From IMG/VR virus record IMGVR_UViG_3300045988_127000, positions 1-17,046 of that record: DNA of 17,046 nucleotides; one strand, 5' to 3'. Made by a program: the position numbers and the translations under genes. Within the stretch, counting starts at the first letter, position 1, and each line of letters opens with the position of its first letter. The notes beneath the pieces are model-generated. The model saw nothing but the letters and a program-made list of their open reading frames with translations, searched no databases and had not been told where the DNA came from. Shown here piece by piece: positions 15,193 to 17,046 of this stretch. This stretch comes from a virus.

Positions 15193-15336
15193 TCAACTTG
15201 GAATAAAACCATCAGCACATACAGCACATTTAGACGCTTCATATTTAGAATGCAATCTACAATCTTCACATTTAGCTGTTTCCTGACAATGTCTTTTAAT
15301 CACTTCTAATGCTGATAAAACATCTGTAAAATCCAT
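15193..15336 (-). CDS. Small Cys-rich (zinc-ribbon-like) protein, 47 aa, not in the ORF track
   Basis: Strong RBS GGAAGGTGGTTATAAC precedes the ATG at 15336-15334. Sequence MDFTDVLSALEVIKRHCQETAKCEDCRLHSKYEASKCAVCADGFIPS has a CX5CX2C ... CX2C spacing. It exactly fills the gap between the membrane-protein gene and the SSB gene, with a TAACATG junction. Confidence 0.5.
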   Translation of the reverse strand: MDFTDVLSALEVIKRHCQETAKCEDCRLHSKYEASKCAVCADGFIPS

Positions 15337-15337
15337 G

Positions 15338-15766
15338 TTATAACCACCTTCCTATTTCTGCATCTAATAATGTGATCGTGCTGCCGCTTGGCAACGTTAA
15401 CAACCATCCTTGCGATATGCGTTCGGCGTTTGTGTAGGCAATTTGTCGGCCGTTTATGAGTTCGACATAACCCACTTGTCTTGCTTCTCTCATCTTCTCA
15501 CCTTCCTTTCTGTTTTCTCTAAATGAGTATATTATAACAGCCAGTGCATAGAAAAATACAAATATGCATAGATCTGTTATAAACTGAAGTAAATCAAATT
15601 GAAATTTGAGCCAGCTTACATCAACTTGCATATGCCTTAACTGGATTCGGAAAGCATCGTTCTGGATGCCCAGTGTAACCGCCAAGACACTGACTAAAAT
15701 GGCATAGATGATCAAAAATAGCATGGTACAATTTCGAATGTTGATTGTATGTTTAATCTTCTTCAT
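15338..15766 (-). CDS. Early membrane protein (N-terminal TM segments plus soluble C-terminal domain)
   Basis: 142 aa. Hydrophobic segments LFLIIYAILVSVLAVTLGI and LCIFVFFYALAVIIY. RBS AAGGGAGAATAAAC. Position and topology are reminiscent of the phi29 early membrane protein p16.7, but no sequence similarity is asserted. Confidence 0.5.
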   Translation of the reverse strand: MKKIKHTINIRNCTMLFLIIYAILVSVLAVTLGIQNDAFRIQLRHMQVDVSWLKFQFDLLQFITDLCIFVFFYALAVIIYSFRENRKEGEKMREARQVGYVELINGRQIAYTNAERISQGWLLTLPSGSTITLLDAEIGRWL

Positions 15767-16034
15767 GTTTATTCTCCCTTACTAGTCCACAACTCATCAA
15801 ATCAAACAATGTTTCCAGTTTTGTTTGCATCTGTAAAAAATCATAAATCGTTACTGGGTTATGATCATAATAATTTGACAGGCTTTCACGAACAAAATAA
15901 ATGCGTGCATGTGCATTGATATCACAATGATTCTTTTGTGATATGTAAATGCAATCCTCTGTCATCTGGAAAAGCTCGGCTTTTCTCTGTGCATTTGTTA
16001 GTTTTGCAATCTGGTAATGTGTAAAGTGTTTCAT
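15753..16034 (-). CDS. Hypothetical early protein (93 aa from the internal start; the ORF track extends to 16118)
   Basis: The internal start MKHFTHYQIAKL... has RBS AGAAAGGACAACTAATT. The longer version would overlap the upstream gene by 65 nt. Confidence 0.4.
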   Translation of the reverse strand: MKHFTHYQIAKLTNAQRKAELFQMTEDCIYISQKNHCDINAHARIYFVRESLSNYYDHNPVTIYDFLQMQTKLETLFDLMSCGLVRENKHEED

Positions 16035-16053
16035 AATTAGTTGTCCTTTCTGT

Positions 16054-16293
16054 TTAAAATAAATACTCCAATGCTCTGACACAACCGCAATGAAAGCTAA
16101 GAAATTTAATTGCTTCATCTGGCGATCCTATGAATAAATTTACTGTATAATTTCCATTATCTAAAAATAAACTAATTTCATCGCCAATCATTTCAAAGTT
16201 CATCCTGGCCGCCTCAAATTTTTCATCGTACACATAGTTTATTTTAACAATGAGCCTTTTAATTTGTTCAATTGTTTCTGTGTCTTGTTTCAT
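16054..16293 (-). CDS. Hypothetical small early protein (79 aa from the internal start; the ORF track extends to 16347)
   Basis: The internal ATG at 16293-16291 has GGTGAATAAC upstream and sits 1 nt after the previous stop (TAACATG). The longer version would overlap the upstream gene by 53 nt. Confidence 0.4.
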   Translation of the reverse strand: MKQDTETIEQIKRLIVKINYVYDEKFEAARMNFEMIGDEISLFLDNGNYTVNLFIGSPDEAIKFLSFHCGCVRALEYLF

Positions 16294-16294
16294 G

Positions 16295-16528
16295 TTATTC
16301 ACCACTTTCATGTAATTCAACAAAAGCATAAATAAAATTTTCAACATACATTAAAAATTTAAACATTTCATGTCTATCACTTTCAACAAGTAAGCAATAA
16401 CGTTCATTTCCTTTCACAAGATCTAAAATGCATCCATTTAACTCAATGTAATATCCCTTTTCCATTTCCGCTAATTTTAAATTCACTTGATTGATCATTT
16501 GGTTTAAAATACTAGTAGTTGTTTCCAT
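16295..16528 (-). CDS. First early gene: small acidic protein (77 aa)
   Basis: RBS AAAGAGGAGGACACATC precedes the ATG. Net acidic (E/D-rich). First ORF downstream of the right-end promoter region. Confidence 0.5.
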   Translation of the reverse strand: METTTSILNQMINQVNLKLAEMEKGYYIELNGCILDLVKGNERYCLLVESDRHEMFKFLMYVENFIYAFVELHESGE

Positions 16529-16550
16529 GATGTGTCCTCCTCTTTACACC

Positions 16551-16595
16551 ATTATATTACCACAATATATTGCATAATGAAACACCTATTTACAA
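16551..16595 (-). promoter_or_regulatory. Candidate early promoter(s) between the right ITR and the first early gene
   Basis: Minus strand reads TTGTAA-17nt-TGcAATATA, then a second perfect TATAAT (16556-16551) about 20 nt upstream of the RBS of the first early ORF. Confidence 0.4.
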
Positions 16596-16631
16596 TTTTT
16601 TGTACCTCACCTTATTCTAACCTTGGGCTTA

Positions 16632-17046
16632 TGGTTTAGGGTGGGCCGGTCGCAAGCGATGGAATGAGCCATCGGCCATGAGATCGCATAGCGACACAAA
16701 TGATTGAACGACCCTGGTAGGGCCAGAACCTTATAAATATATAACAGGCGCAGGTGATCGCGAAGCGATAGGAATAGATGAAAGGACTTCGGAAGAAGTC
16801 GAACCGCTTGAATATATTATAGAAATGGTATGAGTAGTTATAGGCTCATGCCATTTCTTTAGGCGTGTTGAGGTAATTTTTTACAAGGGTTGTGAATTTT
16901 GGCGATGTGAGGTTTGTGATAGGTGGTGTGAGGTTGGCTGTAAGGGTGCAATGGTTTCTCGCATGAGTGGACGAGCGTGCACCGGTTGACGAGATCGCGA
17001 GCGTGTTCCAGGTGCCGAGCTCTTGGGGAACCCCTAAGGGGGCAAC
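16632..17046. repeat. Right inverted terminal repeat (ITR), 415 bp
   Basis: Reverse complement of positions 1-415. Together with the protein-primed polymerase and candidate terminal protein, this marks the window as a complete linear genome. Confidence 0.93.

Noticed and set aside
16035-16347. Long versions of early ORFs starting at 16118 and 16347
   Set aside because: They would overlap the preceding genes by 53-65 nt. The internal ATGs at 16034 and 16293 carry RBSs and abut the upstream stops (TAACATG).
1-17046. CRISPR arrays, integrase or transposase genes, tRNAs
   Set aside because: No regularly spaced direct repeats, no tyrosine or serine recombinase or DDE motifs, and no cloverleaf candidates were seen. 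The element appears strictly lytic and linear.

Overview
This window appears to be a complete linear genome of a small phi29/Cp-1-like podophage (Salasmaviridae-like) that replicates by protein priming. It is 17,046 bp, AT-rich by eye, and carries AGGAGGTGA-type ribosome-binding sites typical of low-GC Firmicutes phages. Positions 1-415 are the exact reverse complement of positions 16632-17046, i.e. long inverted terminal repeats (ITRs) that are non-coding and visibly GC-richer than the rest of the genome.

All supportable genes lie on the minus strand and read from the right end to the left end.

The early/replication module occupies the right end. It holds four small early proteins, one of them membrane-anchored, and an unlisted Cys-rich 47-aa ORF. 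It continues with a bacterial-type SSB ending in DDDLPF and a basic 265-aa protein that is the likely terminal protein. That protein is translationally coupled to a phi29-type family-B DNA polymerase (YSCDFETTT, DVNSLYPSRMY, NSVYGKF and YIDTDSI motifs), which is followed by a small ribbon-helix-helix (RHH) regulator and a rho-independent terminator.

The late module occupies the left portion. In transcription order it encodes the gp7-like scaffold and gp8-like major capsid protein (C-terminal Big_2 domain), then two terminators. A BhlA/UviB-like holin and a tail-fibre-like protein with the KSGGTMTG motif follow. Next come two small paralogous proteins, a CBM5/12-domain protein, and a gp13-like tail lysin with inverted domain order. 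The tail module is the gp9-like tail knob, gp10-like connector and a putative lower collar protein. The left end carries a CHAP endolysin and the gp16-like packaging ATPase.

There is no tRNA and no CRISPR array. The points most worth a second look are these. The ITRs are unusually long and internally structured, and may contain an origin, a promoter or a candidate pRNA. A structured intergenic element sits between the RHH gene and the late promoter. The tail-lysin domains and the structural module are rearranged relative to phi29. A receptor-binding-like cassette is built on a shared N-terminal module. Several short early ORFs are of unknown function.
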